Source: a virus. From it: a stretch of DNA of 64,000 nucleotides. Position 1 is the first letter of the stretch. Each line of letters begins with the position of its first letter. Below, piece after piece: positions 40,157 to 49,721 of the stretch. Where the stretch lies: the IMG/VR virus record IMGVR_UViG_3300020410_000948, positions 29,807 through 93,806 of that record; one strand, 5' to 3'. The position numbers and the translations under genes are program-made. Under the pieces are notes generated by a model that saw only the letters and a list, made by a program, of their open reading frames with translations, did no database searches and was not told the origin of the DNA.

Positions 40157-41119
40157 CTATGTAATTTCTTCAGTCTTTTTAGGTCTACCTCTTTTTTTAG
40201 GTTTTTCTGCTACTTCTTCAACCTCTTCTTCCGAAGCTTCCTCTTTACTAGGGACATCTACAGGCTTTCCGCTGTCATCTAAAAACGGACTGAATGCGCC
40301 AGCAACAGTGCCTTCTTCGTCAACTTCTTCACCATCAATGTTAACAAAATAAGCTTGTTCAGGATCTTGATTTTTGTATCCTTCATCAGTTTTATAAGCA
40401 ATATATCTGCCGTCTTCGTTGATTAGCCTTTCTGTTACACCGTCTTCATCTAAAGCAATTCGATGACCGTCAGTATTAATTAACTCATAATTTTCATTAG
40501 CAAAGTTATAAGTAGACAAGAACTTGTTTTCTTCAAGAGTATCGTCATAATTAGGATCTAACTCATATATCAATCCTGCAAGCTTAGATGCTGCTTCTGC
40601 AGCAAACGGTTCTGCAGCACGTTTATCATAATCTTCCTGAGTAGCAAAGAAAGGTCCTGACTGATTCTCTTTTAGAATACAGAGACTAACTAGAGCATTA
40701 AACCTAGCATTATCTGCCTGACCCTCAACAGTGTTTGCGTCTAAGACGGTTCTTTCTGCAACAAGAGATCTAAATCTGCCTCTTACCTTTCTAAGATCTA
40801 AAGCTGTTTTTCTAGCATCCTTAAGTGGGATACCTCCTGACTTAAGAACTTTTTCAAGAGACATCATTTGGTCTACAAGCTTTTGCTCTTCGCTCTCTTT
40901 TTCATCGTCCCATAGTCCTTGATCACGCATGTACTCATTTAGCTTTTTCTTAAGCACAGCTCCGCTATCTAAAGCCGATCTAAATGCTTTGTTATAACTA
41001 ATTTGTGAGTCCCTGTATTCCTTGACTGTGGGCTTTTTGACATAAACAGTTACATCATTTCCATCTGCATCCTGTCCTGTAAAAAGGCCTTCTCTTTTAT
41101 CTTGTTCTTCTTTAGCCAT
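40157..41119 (-). CDS. Putative tail assembly chaperone (paralog B)
   Basis: Lies between tail tube and tape measure; similar to 41487..42545; GAAGGAG RBS before ATG 41119. Confidence 0.55.
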   Translation of the reverse strand: MAKEEQDKREGLFTGQDADGNDVTVYVKKPTVKEYRDSQISYNKAFRSALDSGAVLKKKLNEYMRDQGLWDDEKESEEQKLVDQMMSLEKVLKSGGIPLKDARKTALDLRKVRGRFRSLVAERTVLDANTVEGQADNARFNALVSLCILKENQSGPFFATQEDYDKRAAEPFAAEAASKLAGLIYELDPNYDDTLEENKFLSTYNFANENYELINTDGHRIALDEDGVTERLINEDGRYIAYKTDEGYKNQDPEQAYFVNIDGEEVDEEGTVAGAFSPFLDDSGKPVDVPSKEEASEEEVEEVAEKPKKRGRPKKTEEIT

Positions 41120-41480
41120 TTTCTTCTCCTTCTTTCTTATTAACAACTGGTAGTGTTAAGCTGTATTTTTTCCAATTAATATCGTAGTTAACAAACTCTG
41201 CTTTTAGGTTTCTCATTTGAGCATTTCCCCGATCCAATATCTGAGATCTGGCTTCTTCAAATATTTTCTTTAGTTGGGATTGTTCTGGAGTAAGTTCCCC
41301 ATCAGCTTCCCAAAGAAAACCAAAACTCTTCTCTATTGTATCAAGAGCCCCAATCATAGTAGTTTGTATTTTCTTTCTAGAGATTTCATAAAGTCTCGTT
41401 TTAGAAATTTCTTTATATCTCTCCTCTCTTTTTGCCTTCAAGTCTAATGACTGTCTTAGCAAACTATTAAAATCATCCAT
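41112..41480 (-). CDS. Hypothetical helical protein in the tail chaperone region
   Basis: 122 aa, closely packed with its neighbours. Confidence 0.6.
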   Translation of the reverse strand: MDDFNSLLRQSLDLKAKREERYKEISKTRLYEISRKKIQTTMIGALDTIEKSFGFLWEADGELTPEQSQLKKIFEEARSQILDRGNAQMRNLKAEFVNYDINWKKYSLTLPVVNKKEGEENG

Positions 41481-41486
41481 TTTTCA

Positions 41487-42545
41487 TCACCTTCCTCCTT
41501 TAAATCTATCAGCAACTGCTTGCTGTCTCTGCATTTGAATATCCAACTTAACATCAGGCATAGCTGTATGTTTTAAGTCTTCTCCATCTGTATCTTTAAT
41601 TCTATTTTGTCTTTGTATAATAGTTCCTCTAGCAACAGGATCATTTACTTCAAATATTTCTCCGGCCTCTTCTGGAGTCCTAGCCATCACAAACATCTCG
41701 TTAGAATTTTTAATCTTGTCATTAGAGGTCATGGATTCAATTTCTCTCTCTTTTCTTTCTTTCTTTGCTTTACGCTTTTGTGCTACAAACCATCCATCTA
41801 GAGCGATATCATCCTCTATAATTTTTTCGTTGGGATGTTCAGGATGCTCTAATACATTATCATACATTCTACTGTAAGCGACAAGTCTAGCTTGTGGGGC
41901 TGTTATTTCCATAGCCGGTTTACCAAATAGATTGCATCCTCCAGACTTAAACAACGTCCACATTCCTTTCCATTCATCACACCTAGCTATGGTTCTTGTG
42001 TCTTCTAGACTTATAGCGTTTTTAGTATAATAATTTAATACCTTTGGTATTGTAAGTAAAGACCAGTCATAAAGCTGACCATCTCTGGTTTTTACAGTCT
42101 GTGAGATTATCCATTGCGTTCTAGCTAACTCTGCCGCACCTTCGCAGGTTAGATGTTTAAGAGAGCTCTTTTTACCTATCGCTTTGGACCATTTCTTTTC
42201 TAAACCAATGGCTTTTCTTTTTAACCTGCTAAGTTCTTTTTTATTATAAAAGTTTTTGAAAGCTTGATACTTGGTTTCCTCTACGTCTTTTTTAATTTTT
42301 TCAACCTCTCTGTCATCCAAAGGGTTCCAAAATCCATATTCTATAAGAATGGGAAGTATTTCTGCTTCGACATATGAGCCCTGTCTGTACGCCTCATCGT
42401 AAGCCTCATCGTATATTTCGTGTGAGTGTTCTATGATTTCAGAATCAGGTTCGTATATATATAAAAAGAGGCCGTCACGAGCTTTAAAACTCATGCGACC
42501 TCTTATGATTCTATATAATAATTTTTCGATACGAGCGTCCGCCAT
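41487..42545 (-). CDS. Putative tail assembly chaperone (paralog A)
   Basis: Directly after the tail tube gene; shares G(F/L)W and EGxA..AR motifs with 40157..41119. Confidence 0.55.
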   Translation of the reverse strand: MADARIEKLLYRIIRGRMSFKARDGLFLYIYEPDSEIIEHSHEIYDEAYDEAYRQGSYVEAEILPILIEYGFWNPLDDREVEKIKKDVEETKYQAFKNFYNKKELSRLKRKAIGLEKKWSKAIGKKSSLKHLTCEGAAELARTQWIISQTVKTRDGQLYDWSLLTIPKVLNYYTKNAISLEDTRTIARCDEWKGMWTLFKSGGCNLFGKPAMEITAPQARLVAYSRMYDNVLEHPEHPNEKIIEDDIALDGWFVAQKRKAKKERKEREIESMTSNDKIKNSNEMFVMARTPEEAGEIFEVNDPVARGTIIQRQNRIKDTDGEDLKHTAMPDVKLDIQMQRQQAVADRFKGGR

Positions 42546-42620
42546 ATCACCTTCCTTATATCCCAGCTTTGTGCTTGCCGCTTTGTCCCAAAGTGTACGA
42601 CTATCGCACGATCAAAATAA

Positions 42621-43718
42621 TTATGAATCCACAGTAGCAGATTCTACTACTTTCAAATCATTAAATGTTGAGTAAGAGTAAGTAATACTTGCATTACCAC
42701 CGCCAGTGTCTCCACCAGAGTATGATACTGAAGTTAACTTATTCTTAGTTCCAAGGTTCAAAAATGTTCCAGCATTATCAGCGATAGTAATAACCTGATC
42801 TGTTAGGTTTTGAGCATCGCCCGAAACATTGATCAAGTCACCACTAGTTGCAATAACTTCAAATTCAGAAGTAATTTCAAATGGGAACGTTGCATACTTA
42901 TAGTAAGGCCCAAATCGACCCAACTCTAAGATGTTTTCACGACCAAAATCAGCACTAACGCTAATATTCTGGAGGTGAGCATCAACTGCGCTTTGTTTAC
43001 TTGCTTCGGCTGCTGAGATTGAAGCAGCAGGAGCCTGTCTAATAACTTCCGTAGGGAGGTTAGTAGAAAGAGCTGCAGCTGCGGGGGATTGCATGTCAAT
43101 TTCGACCCTAACACCAGCATGTCGTCTTTGAAGACCGGAAGCTGGAGTATCAGTACCATCAATAGCTGTAGCTAAGTTATTGACCCACATGCCGCCAGTA
43201 CCAGTATCATCAATATAAGCTTTCTTGGCAGATGATGCAACGCTAGCATTATTCCAATATTTGTCATTACCAACCAACGTAATAGACGTAGTGGCATTAC
43301 CATCTACTGGATAAGTCCAAGAACAGCTACTTACGTACATTCCGGAACACCAAACAACACTCTTAGCTGCAGTTGAAGCAACACTACTTGCAGTGTCGTC
43401 ATATATAGCTAAATAAACATCTGACTTAACAGCTGATGCATCTACAACTCCAGCCGCCGCAGGACTAGCCCCAACAGCTAAAGAATAAAGGCCTTTTCTA
43501 CCGTCAATCAATTTTTCAATAGTGACTTCTACTTCGGCAATTTCTTCTGAGTTTTCGTATATTTCAACTTGACCCAGTTCAAATGCCTGTTCTAAGCTGA
43601 AGTTAGTGTTAATCCCTACGGATTGAACACCTTTAGCAATATGAGCAGCAGCGGGCGTAACACCCGTTGGCACAATCGCTACAGCTTGGCAGGCATAGAA
43701 AATTCTATTATTTGCCAT
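42621..43718 (-). CDS. Major tail tube protein
   Basis: 365 aa; GVQSVGINTNF...ELGQ tube-like N-terminus with an internal repeat (LQNISVSADFGRENILELG); position; two promoter motifs upstream. Confidence 0.7.
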   Translation of the reverse strand: MANNRIFYACQAVAIVPTGVTPAAAHIAKGVQSVGINTNFSLEQAFELGQVEIYENSEEIAEVEVTIEKLIDGRKGLYSLAVGASPAAAGVVDASAVKSDVYLAIYDDTASSVASTAAKSVVWCSGMYVSSCSWTYPVDGNATTSITLVGNDKYWNNASVASSAKKAYIDDTGTGGMWVNNLATAIDGTDTPASGLQRRHAGVRVEIDMQSPAAAALSTNLPTEVIRQAPAASISAAEASKQSAVDAHLQNISVSADFGRENILELGRFGPYYKYATFPFEITSEFEVIATSGDLINVSGDAQNLTDQVITIADNAGTFLNLGTKNKLTSVSYSGGDTGGGNASITYSYSTFNDLKVVESATVDS

Positions 43719-43735
43719 GATTAAAATCTCCTTGT

Positions 43736-43793
43736 AATATACACGTATATATTGTATCTGTCTCTGGCTTGGTTACTATTATATACACAAAAA
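43736..43793 (-). promoter_or_regulatory. Two tandem putative late promoters
   Basis: TTTTTGTGTATATAAT at about 43779-43793 and CGTGTATATT at 43736-43745. Confidence 0.6.
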
Positions 43794-43806
43794 ATGCGAA
43801 AGATGG

Positions 43807-44796
43807 TTAGATTGCCTTAACTTCCGTGCCAAATCTTACCGTCGCCATATAAAGATTAGGAGCTATTTGGGTTATTTGGCTAGCTCTTGCGTCTCCTATG
43901 TAGCACTTCCTGTATCTAAAGTTATAAGAAGCGTCTGACGCATTTGGTGCCTCATCTACAAGTTGAGGATATAGACCGCTAGGCAAAGCATTTGCATTGA
44001 GCTCGCCCCTATAATTTAAAGGATATACTCCAGAAAGTGCGATCTTATTGGTATCAAACAACCATATAGCCCTATCGTTTTGGAATGATACCTGATCTAT
44101 AAGGTTGTTGCACTCCCAGTGTGTCTCAGCTATTACATAGAAAAGCATGTCTGAGTTAACAAACTGACCTCCGCCAAGTTGGTATCCATTGAAAGACTTA
44201 TTTGGTACAGTCTCTACAGCAATTGCAGGTAACTGAACTCTAGTCTGACCGAGTTGAGCCCAATCGCCAGAACCAAACTGCGTAAAGGTGCTATTGTCTA
44301 AACGTGAAGCTCCCTGCTGTATTTGTCTAAACCAAGGCACACCCTCTGCAGGAATGACATTAACCCACTTGTGGGAGTACTCTAGTTTTACTTCACTAGT
44401 TGTTGAAATAGCGCTATCAAAAATAATCCTTCCGTCTGGATAATTTATATGAAAAGGTTGCTCTACGTTACCAGTCGCCCTGAATGTGCTTCCCAGAAAG
44501 ACTCCAGATATTTGTATAGGCTGTTCTGGATTCTGCACACCTGTCTCCCAGACCCAGTTACTTCTAAAGCCCTCCCAAACCTGACCGTCATTATAGTTAG
44601 GATCATCAACAGCTCTAAGCTTATGCTTATCTCCACCATAAAGTCCAACTTCTGGAATTTCTACGCTATAAAATCCACCGAGATCAACAAGACCCCAATC
44701 AAAAAACATTATGAAGTTTTCTAAGAGCAGATTAGAAAGAGTGGCATCTTGGGTGTTCTCTACTCTTTTTAAATGTTTGTAGTCTTCATCTGGCAT
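43807..44796 (-). CDS. Putative tail terminator/neck protein
   Basis: Position just before the tail tube gene; QLPAIAVE...GGG segment. Confidence 0.5.
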   Translation of the reverse strand: MPDEDYKHLKRVENTQDATLSNLLLENFIMFFDWGLVDLGGFYSVEIPEVGLYGGDKHKLRAVDDPNYNDGQVWEGFRSNWVWETGVQNPEQPIQISGVFLGSTFRATGNVEQPFHINYPDGRIIFDSAISTTSEVKLEYSHKWVNVIPAEGVPWFRQIQQGASRLDNSTFTQFGSGDWAQLGQTRVQLPAIAVETVPNKSFNGYQLGGGQFVNSDMLFYVIAETHWECNNLIDQVSFQNDRAIWLFDTNKIALSGVYPLNYRGELNANALPSGLYPQLVDEAPNASDASYNFRYRKCYIGDARASQITQIAPNLYMATVRFGTEVKAI

Positions 44797-44797
44797 T

Positions 44798-45421
44798 TTA
44801 TATGTACCTCGCTAATATAGCCATTATTTCGTTGTTAGCGGATTCAATAGACTCTGTAATAAAGTTGTTGGTTGATGTCCCAGAAAACTGGCTATCAACC
44901 TTGTATGGTGCATTGTAGTTAAGTTTCATCGTTGCTTGACCGCTTCTACCAGTGCCACCTTTATATTTGACTCCATACCTAGCGACTATGATAGTATCCC
45001 CCTTCAGTAAAAGCCAGTCTAGCCAAGGTAAAACTTCACCTTTCTCTGTGACTACTGTACTAGTGGGCAAGGATAAAACATTCATATAGTCTGATGGCTG
45101 TGCTGTAAGAGTAATACCGCCCTTCAATACACCTCTCCCAGCAGTAACAGGAACAACCGTCATGTCAACAGAGCTAGTCACCGACTCTATAATTGCGGTG
45201 ACCACATCTACTCCACTAGGTATACCAAAATCTCCTCTAAGTTTTCCCCCAGAAAGGGAAGATATTGCAGGGTGTGAAGACAATGAAGATCTTATTGCCT
45301 GCTTTATAGGTCCGAGAGCCTTGGTCTTCAACTTAGAAAAACTCCGATTGACTTCACGAGCAATTTCTCGAAGTATCATCCTCTCTATCTGAGCATCAGA
45401 TTCTAGTATTCTAAATGACAT
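44798..45421 (-). CDS. Putative neck/tail-completion protein
   Basis: 207 aa in the neck module; coupled to the upstream gene. Confidence 0.45.
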   Translation of the reverse strand: MSFRILESDAQIERMILREIAREVNRSFSKLKTKALGPIKQAIRSSLSSHPAISSLSGGKLRGDFGIPSGVDVVTAIIESVTSSVDMTVVPVTAGRGVLKGGITLTAQPSDYMNVLSLPTSTVVTEKGEVLPWLDWLLLKGDTIIVARYGVKYKGGTGRSGQATMKLNYNAPYKVDSQFSGTSTNNFITESIESANNEIMAILARYI

Positions 45422-45933
45422 TACGAAGTCCTTTGCCAGAATGTAACCGCATACTTTTCGGGATTTTGCTTGAAGCCTTGTGGGTAAGAGCCTCCAGCTC
45501 TCGTATATCTCATAGTATGATAGTTAGCTATGTTCCCATAGCTTTTAGGTATAAGGTACTTAGCTCTTTCCAGCTTTGGAAGGTCTGTCATGTTGCATAT
45601 AGTTTGGATTGATCCTTCTGGTAAATCAACCGCAAATCCAACGTTATACCACTTTGATGGCTCCCAATATATACGAAGCTCAATCTCCTCTTCAGTTTCT
45701 ATTGCTTTATATCCAAGCCCATCACAGTAAGGACATGGCATACCTCTACCGAAAGGATAAGGACCGCCGGGCTTATAAACAGCAACAGACCTAGTTCGCG
45801 TACCCATAGTATCTAAGTAACAGTTTGGACACTGCTCCTTTTTTTCTGGATAAACTAACGTGACTGTTCTTTCAAAAAGCTCGACAGCTTCGTTATATAT
45901 ATTAAATACCCCTGTGGGAATTACAATAGGCAT
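45421..45933 (-). CDS. Putative head-closure/neck protein with a Zn finger
   Basis: CPNC...CPYCDGLG; neck module position. Confidence 0.5.
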   Translation of the reverse strand: MPIVIPTGVFNIYNEAVELFERTVTLVYPEKKEQCPNCYLDTMGTRTRSVAVYKPGGPYPFGRGMPCPYCDGLGYKAIETEEEIELRIYWEPSKWYNVGFAVDLPEGSIQTICNMTDLPKLERAKYLIPKSYGNIANYHTMRYTRAGGSYPQGFKQNPEKYAVTFWQRTS

Positions 45934-45934
45934 A

Positions 45935-46231
45935 CTACACCGTTATGAAAAATACCTTTGAACTACTACCGCTTGCTGCTCTAACATAAATTGTTGACGG
46001 GTCTATAACAGGAACTACTACACTTTCTCCTGCAGCCAAAGGAAATCCATCTGTGGTATCTGCAGAGTCTGCTGTTACTGTAGATATTCCAATATACACG
46101 GCAACACTATTTCCGGAGGCGGCTACAATTTGAACGCCTCTCTTAGCATGGACATGTGTTGTTGTAAGTTGGGCTGCACTGGTTCCAATGCTGCTTTTTC
46201 TTCCTGTGGCAAAACTTGGTACTGCTGCCAT
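45935..46231 (-). CDS. Small beta-sandwich virion protein
   Basis: 98 aa; VYIG...GFPLAAGES...IYV pattern common in small phage structural proteins. Confidence 0.55.
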   Translation of the reverse strand: MAAVPSFATGRKSSIGTSAAQLTTTHVHAKRGVQIVAASGNSVAVYIGISTVTADSADTTDGFPLAAGESVVVPVIDPSTIYVRAASGSSSKVFFITV

Positions 46232-46242
46232 TTTAATCCTCC

Positions 46243-46470
46243 TTATGCACTATAAGTATTATAATCATCAAACCTATTTTTTAGGTTATCAAAAATTGTT
46301 GTTATTGTTTGATCTATCTTTGCTGAGCTGATAGGTGGATCTAGAGTATGATTAGAGTCAATCTTCTGAGCCGATGTTAAGCCTCTAGCTCCGCCGACAC
46401 CGACAACACCTCTCCCACCTTTGGGCTGGTCGTCACCATCTACTACCTTTTGAACTACATCAATCGCCAT
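46243..46470 (-). CDS. Hypothetical small protein
   Basis: 75 aa, AAGGAG RBS. Confidence 0.6.
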   Translation of the reverse strand: MAIDVVQKVVDGDDQPKGGRGVVGVGGARGLTSAQKIDSNHTLDPPISSAKIDQTITTIFDNLKNRFDDYNTYSA

Positions 46471-46482
46471 TTTAAATCTCCT

Positions 46483-46998
46483 TTATTGGTTTTCAAATAT
46501 AGTACCAGAACGACTATATCCGTATTGGAACTGTGTATTAACAATAGAACTTCCGGGGCTGTAAGGTCCAAGAACAGCTTGGCCATGAAGACTATTGGTT
46601 GCTTTATATGTATTCATTAAGTCTTCAAACTTAGAACACAAATCTTTATACATTATATTCAAACTTCCCGTTACGCCTCTAAGGTCAATAGCAGAAGGGC
46701 CATCTTTGAGCATTAGAGAGTTTGCAGCTTCTGTCTTTACTTCACTACCAACAATTATGCAGGCGGCTTGATAAGCTGTCAAAACAGTAAAGTCTGTATC
46801 AGTGTTTGTTACTGGATCTGGGCTAATAGAACTATCGCCAATATCTACAGTATAAGTGTAGCTAAAATCTGCTTGGTCATTCACCTTATACGCTGCGACA
46901 GCAATGATTTGCTGAAGTCTAGCGTCGGCGTATTTTGAGCTATCAAGATCACCGATTAAGGTTCTGACAAAAAGAACCAAATCTGTTGTCCAAGCCAT
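46483..46998 (-). CDS. Head-tail adaptor-like protein
   Basis: VRTLIGD...Y.D..L adaptor-type N-terminus. Confidence 0.6.
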   Translation of the reverse strand: MAWTTDLVLFVRTLIGDLDSSKYADARLQQIIAVAAYKVNDQADFSYTYTVDIGDSSISPDPVTNTDTDFTVLTAYQAACIIVGSEVKTEAANSLMLKDGPSAIDLRGVTGSLNIMYKDLCSKFEDLMNTYKATNSLHGQAVLGPYSPGSSIVNTQFQYGYSRSGTIFENQ

Positions 46999-47036
46999 TT
47001 TACTGCCCTTTCATAAAAAATATACTAATACAAATA

Positions 47037-47049
47037 GATATACACAAAA
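47037..47049 (-). promoter_or_regulatory. Putative late promoter
   Basis: TTTTGTGTATAT. Confidence 0.55.
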
Positions 47050-47070
47050 TCAGGGCCTAAATAAAGAAAA

Positions 47071-47601
47071 TTAAAATACCTCTAAATAAAAGTCATCAAG
47101 TTCATGATAATCTTCATACCCTAGACAGAAGTTACGACGATTTTTAACTGAAGTATCACCGGAATTAGTTACAGTACCTCTTTCAGCCTCGCTATATGCA
47201 ACGACTGTTATGTTCGGAATACTCATACTATTAGTTCCGCTAACAGTAGATCCAACTGCAGTAGCTTCAACATTTGATATCAGCTCGGCGTTAGATATCG
47301 TACCGTTGGCGGAAGAGCCTATAGCGTTTGCAACGGCATTCGGAATACTCATAGAGTTTGTTCCAGCGACAGCGGAACCTATAGCGCCAGCGACAACATT
47401 AGAGATGGGTAAATTATTAGTGAATGTTCCCGCTACGGCAGACCCTATAGCTGTGGCCTCTACGTTAGGTATACTCATAGAGTTCGTTCCACTAGCGGAA
47501 GAACCGATAGCGGTAGCTTCGACATTACTTATAGTAATATCGGATACGCCCCCATCATCAGCATAGGTGAGCGATCCTATAGGACCACCGGAGTAAACCA
47601 T
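47071..47601 (-). CDS. Ser/Thr/Ala-rich repeat protein
   Basis: About six units of I(S/P)NVxAxA(I/V)GSxxxGT. Confidence 0.7.
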   Translation of the reverse strand: MVYSGGPIGSLTYADDGGVSDITISNVEATAIGSSASGTNSMSIPNVEATAIGSAVAGTFTNNLPISNVVAGAIGSAVAGTNSMSIPNAVANAIGSSANGTISNAELISNVEATAVGSTVSGTNSMSIPNITVVAYSEAERGTVTNSGDTSVKNRRNFCLGYEDYHELDDFYLEVF

Positions 47602-47612
47602 TTTTTACCTCA

Positions 47613-48113
47613 TTAATCTTCGATAGCCAAAGCGCCTTTGACTGTGATATTTGGATTTGTCGCATCAAACACGGAAAAATCTACACTATAATTTTCAATA
47701 TCATCTAAAGTGGTTTCTGACTCAAGTGCGGCCTCTGAGGAAATAACCAAAGAAACGACCGTCTTTACCCAAGTGAGAAGTTGATTAATATAATTAAGTC
47801 TGTTCGTCAGTCCTGTGTTTCTAGCCTCTTCAGCGAGTGCTATAAAAAGTTCTCTCCTAAAAGATGGGTAGTATACCTCTATGTAAGAGTTTGCCTGCTG
47901 AGATATAGTATTATTCTTATGCTCTCTAGCCGGCTGAAGCAGATAAGCCTCAAGGTTAGACATGTAGGTAGCAAGTGCGGCCTCTAAGTCTTCTTGCGAA
48001 ACGCCATCTACTTGAATTCCTCCATCCCTATATAGAGTAGAAGACATACTACCACCTGCTATAGCAACTATAGAGGATAAGTTTTGTTCTGGTGAAACTT
48101 CTACAAAAGCCAT
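47613..48113 (-). CDS. Hypothetical protein, possibly a fibre assembly chaperone
   Basis: Coupled downstream of the fibre-like gene; helical C-terminus. Confidence 0.45.
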   Translation of the reverse strand: MAFVEVSPEQNLSSIVAIAGGSMSSTLYRDGGIQVDGVSQEDLEAALATYMSNLEAYLLQPAREHKNNTISQQANSYIEVYYPSFRRELFIALAEEARNTGLTNRLNYINQLLTWVKTVVSLVISSEAALESETTLDDIENYSVDFSVFDATNPNITVKGALAIED

Positions 48114-49705
48114 TATCTAATCTCCTCAACTTCTAAAAACGGTTTTCCACCATTGTTTGCAACGAGAGTCACTTCACTACTTCCGTCATCTTGGTAGGTA
48201 TATAATGTAATAACATCATCGACAGCACAGTCCCTTATAAAGCTTGTTTGTGGAGCAGGCCTCTTGTCATAATCAGAGCTCATTGTCCAGTTAGCCGCAG
48301 TCCCAATTTTGTAATAATCAAGAGCACCTCCATCCGGCGTTATTCCAATCATAACAACTGCAGCCGAGCAGCAATTGTCCAAGCTAACATACTTGATATA
48401 CCCAGTTATTCTGTAAAGACCAGCCCTTTTAATTACTATTTTATTATTGCTATGGTCTGCATCAGCACCTCGCTCAATAGTATCTTCATCAAAAGTGACT
48501 TGTGTTAAAGTTTTATTTGCTATTGTTTGCTGACTAGTTTGAGTGATCGTAGCAACATGAGGCTTGATACCCTTAGCCACTTCTGCCCATATATAATCAT
48601 TGGCCACAGAAGGGTTTCTCATGCACTGCAGCTCGACAAAATCGCCATACAAAAATAACTTCATTGTAGAACTAAGCGTTCCTGCTTCGGTTACAAAGTC
48701 AGTTGCGCCAGAAGAAATCGTCAGAGCGTTTGCGTCATTCGTCATCTTTTTGATCAAGTATCTAAGACCCAAATACGTTGCTCCTGCAGTAGGCAAGGTC
48801 AAAGTCCAAGCAGCAGACGTGTCACAAAGAATTGTTGAGTCATTATCATCAGCTGTGTAAGTTCCGCTTTTTATAACGTAGTCTGCGCCCTCCATCCTTG
48901 AAGGCGAACCACAAAAAACAGTAGATGTGCCAGTTAGAGTTATACCCGCATTTGAATTGCTTGAGGAAATTATTGTAGATCTAGTTAGAGTGTCACTACC
49001 CGAAGTCGGGTCGGTTACAAGACCAATGCCAACTTCCCAATTGTTACCACTCTCAATAACATAGTAAGTATAATTTCCACCTCCTACTCCTGCTGCGAAA
49101 GTTTGGTAGCCATCTTCTGCACCGGCAAGAGTTATTGTAGTATTATCGCCATAAGCACCTGTATCGGTCGTGGTCTCTTTGACTCTATCTCCAACTTTGA
49201 AATCATAGTTGTTTGAAGCGTCCGGAGTTTCAAACCAAGCTTCAGAAACAAGGTTAGTTTCACTGGCACTACCGCCACTAGCTCTAACAAACCTAATCCT
49301 TAGATCACTATAGTCAGTGATAGCATTAGCTTCAGACGAACTTAGAGTAAAGCTGTAATCAGCAAAGGAGGTAGTTAGCGAAGAATTGGTGGCCGTAGCT
49401 ATTTCCGTGCTAGTGCCTTGGCGTAGGGATACCGTCAGGCTTGGTATTCCATAAGAGCCCGATGGATCACTACCCTTTGCTCTGTATCTAACTATATGGC
49501 TACTAGAACTTTGAGGGTCGCTAATATCACTTAATCCAACCTCCATAGTGTCAGACGAACTAGAGCTATCCGTAGAGATAACATAGTCACTGTCATTCTC
49601 TCCGTCAGCCTCGTCTATACTCTGGAATAAGTTACTACCGCTTCCGGCTTGGTTTACCCATGAGCCGGCTGATACATCTGAATCTGGTCTTGCGTATTGA
49701 GTCAT
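48113..49705 (-). CDS. Mosaic fibre/appendage protein
   Basis: VGDRVKETTT...WEVGIG...TLTRST domain, KSGTYTA...TLTLPTA segment, C1q/TNF-like C-terminus (IKRAGLYRITG). Confidence 0.6.
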   Translation of the reverse strand: MTQYARPDSDVSAGSWVNQAGSGSNLFQSIDEADGENDSDYVISTDSSSSSDTMEVGLSDISDPQSSSSHIVRYRAKGSDPSGSYGIPSLTVSLRQGTSTEIATATNSSLTTSFADYSFTLSSSEANAITDYSDLRIRFVRASGGSASETNLVSEAWFETPDASNNYDFKVGDRVKETTTDTGAYGDNTTITLAGAEDGYQTFAAGVGGGNYTYYVIESGNNWEVGIGLVTDPTSGSDTLTRSTIISSSNSNAGITLTGTSTVFCGSPSRMEGADYVIKSGTYTADDNDSTILCDTSAAWTLTLPTAGATYLGLRYLIKKMTNDANALTISSGATDFVTEAGTLSSTMKLFLYGDFVELQCMRNPSVANDYIWAEVAKGIKPHVATITQTSQQTIANKTLTQVTFDEDTIERGADADHSNNKIVIKRAGLYRITGYIKYVSLDNCCSAAVVMIGITPDGGALDYYKIGTAANWTMSSDYDKRPAPQTSFIRDCAVDDVITLYTYQDDGSSEVTLVANNGGKPFLEVEEIR

Positions 49706-49721
49706 AGTTTATCCCTCAAAA

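Noticed and set aside
41487-41510. TTTAAAG as a possible -1 frameshift site at the end of chaperone A
   Set aside because: It is read as TTT AAA, not in X XXY YYZ phase, and the -1 frame meets TAA immediately
42621-46998. Contractile tail sheath gene
   Set aside because: No ORF of sheath-like size and motif lies before the tube gene
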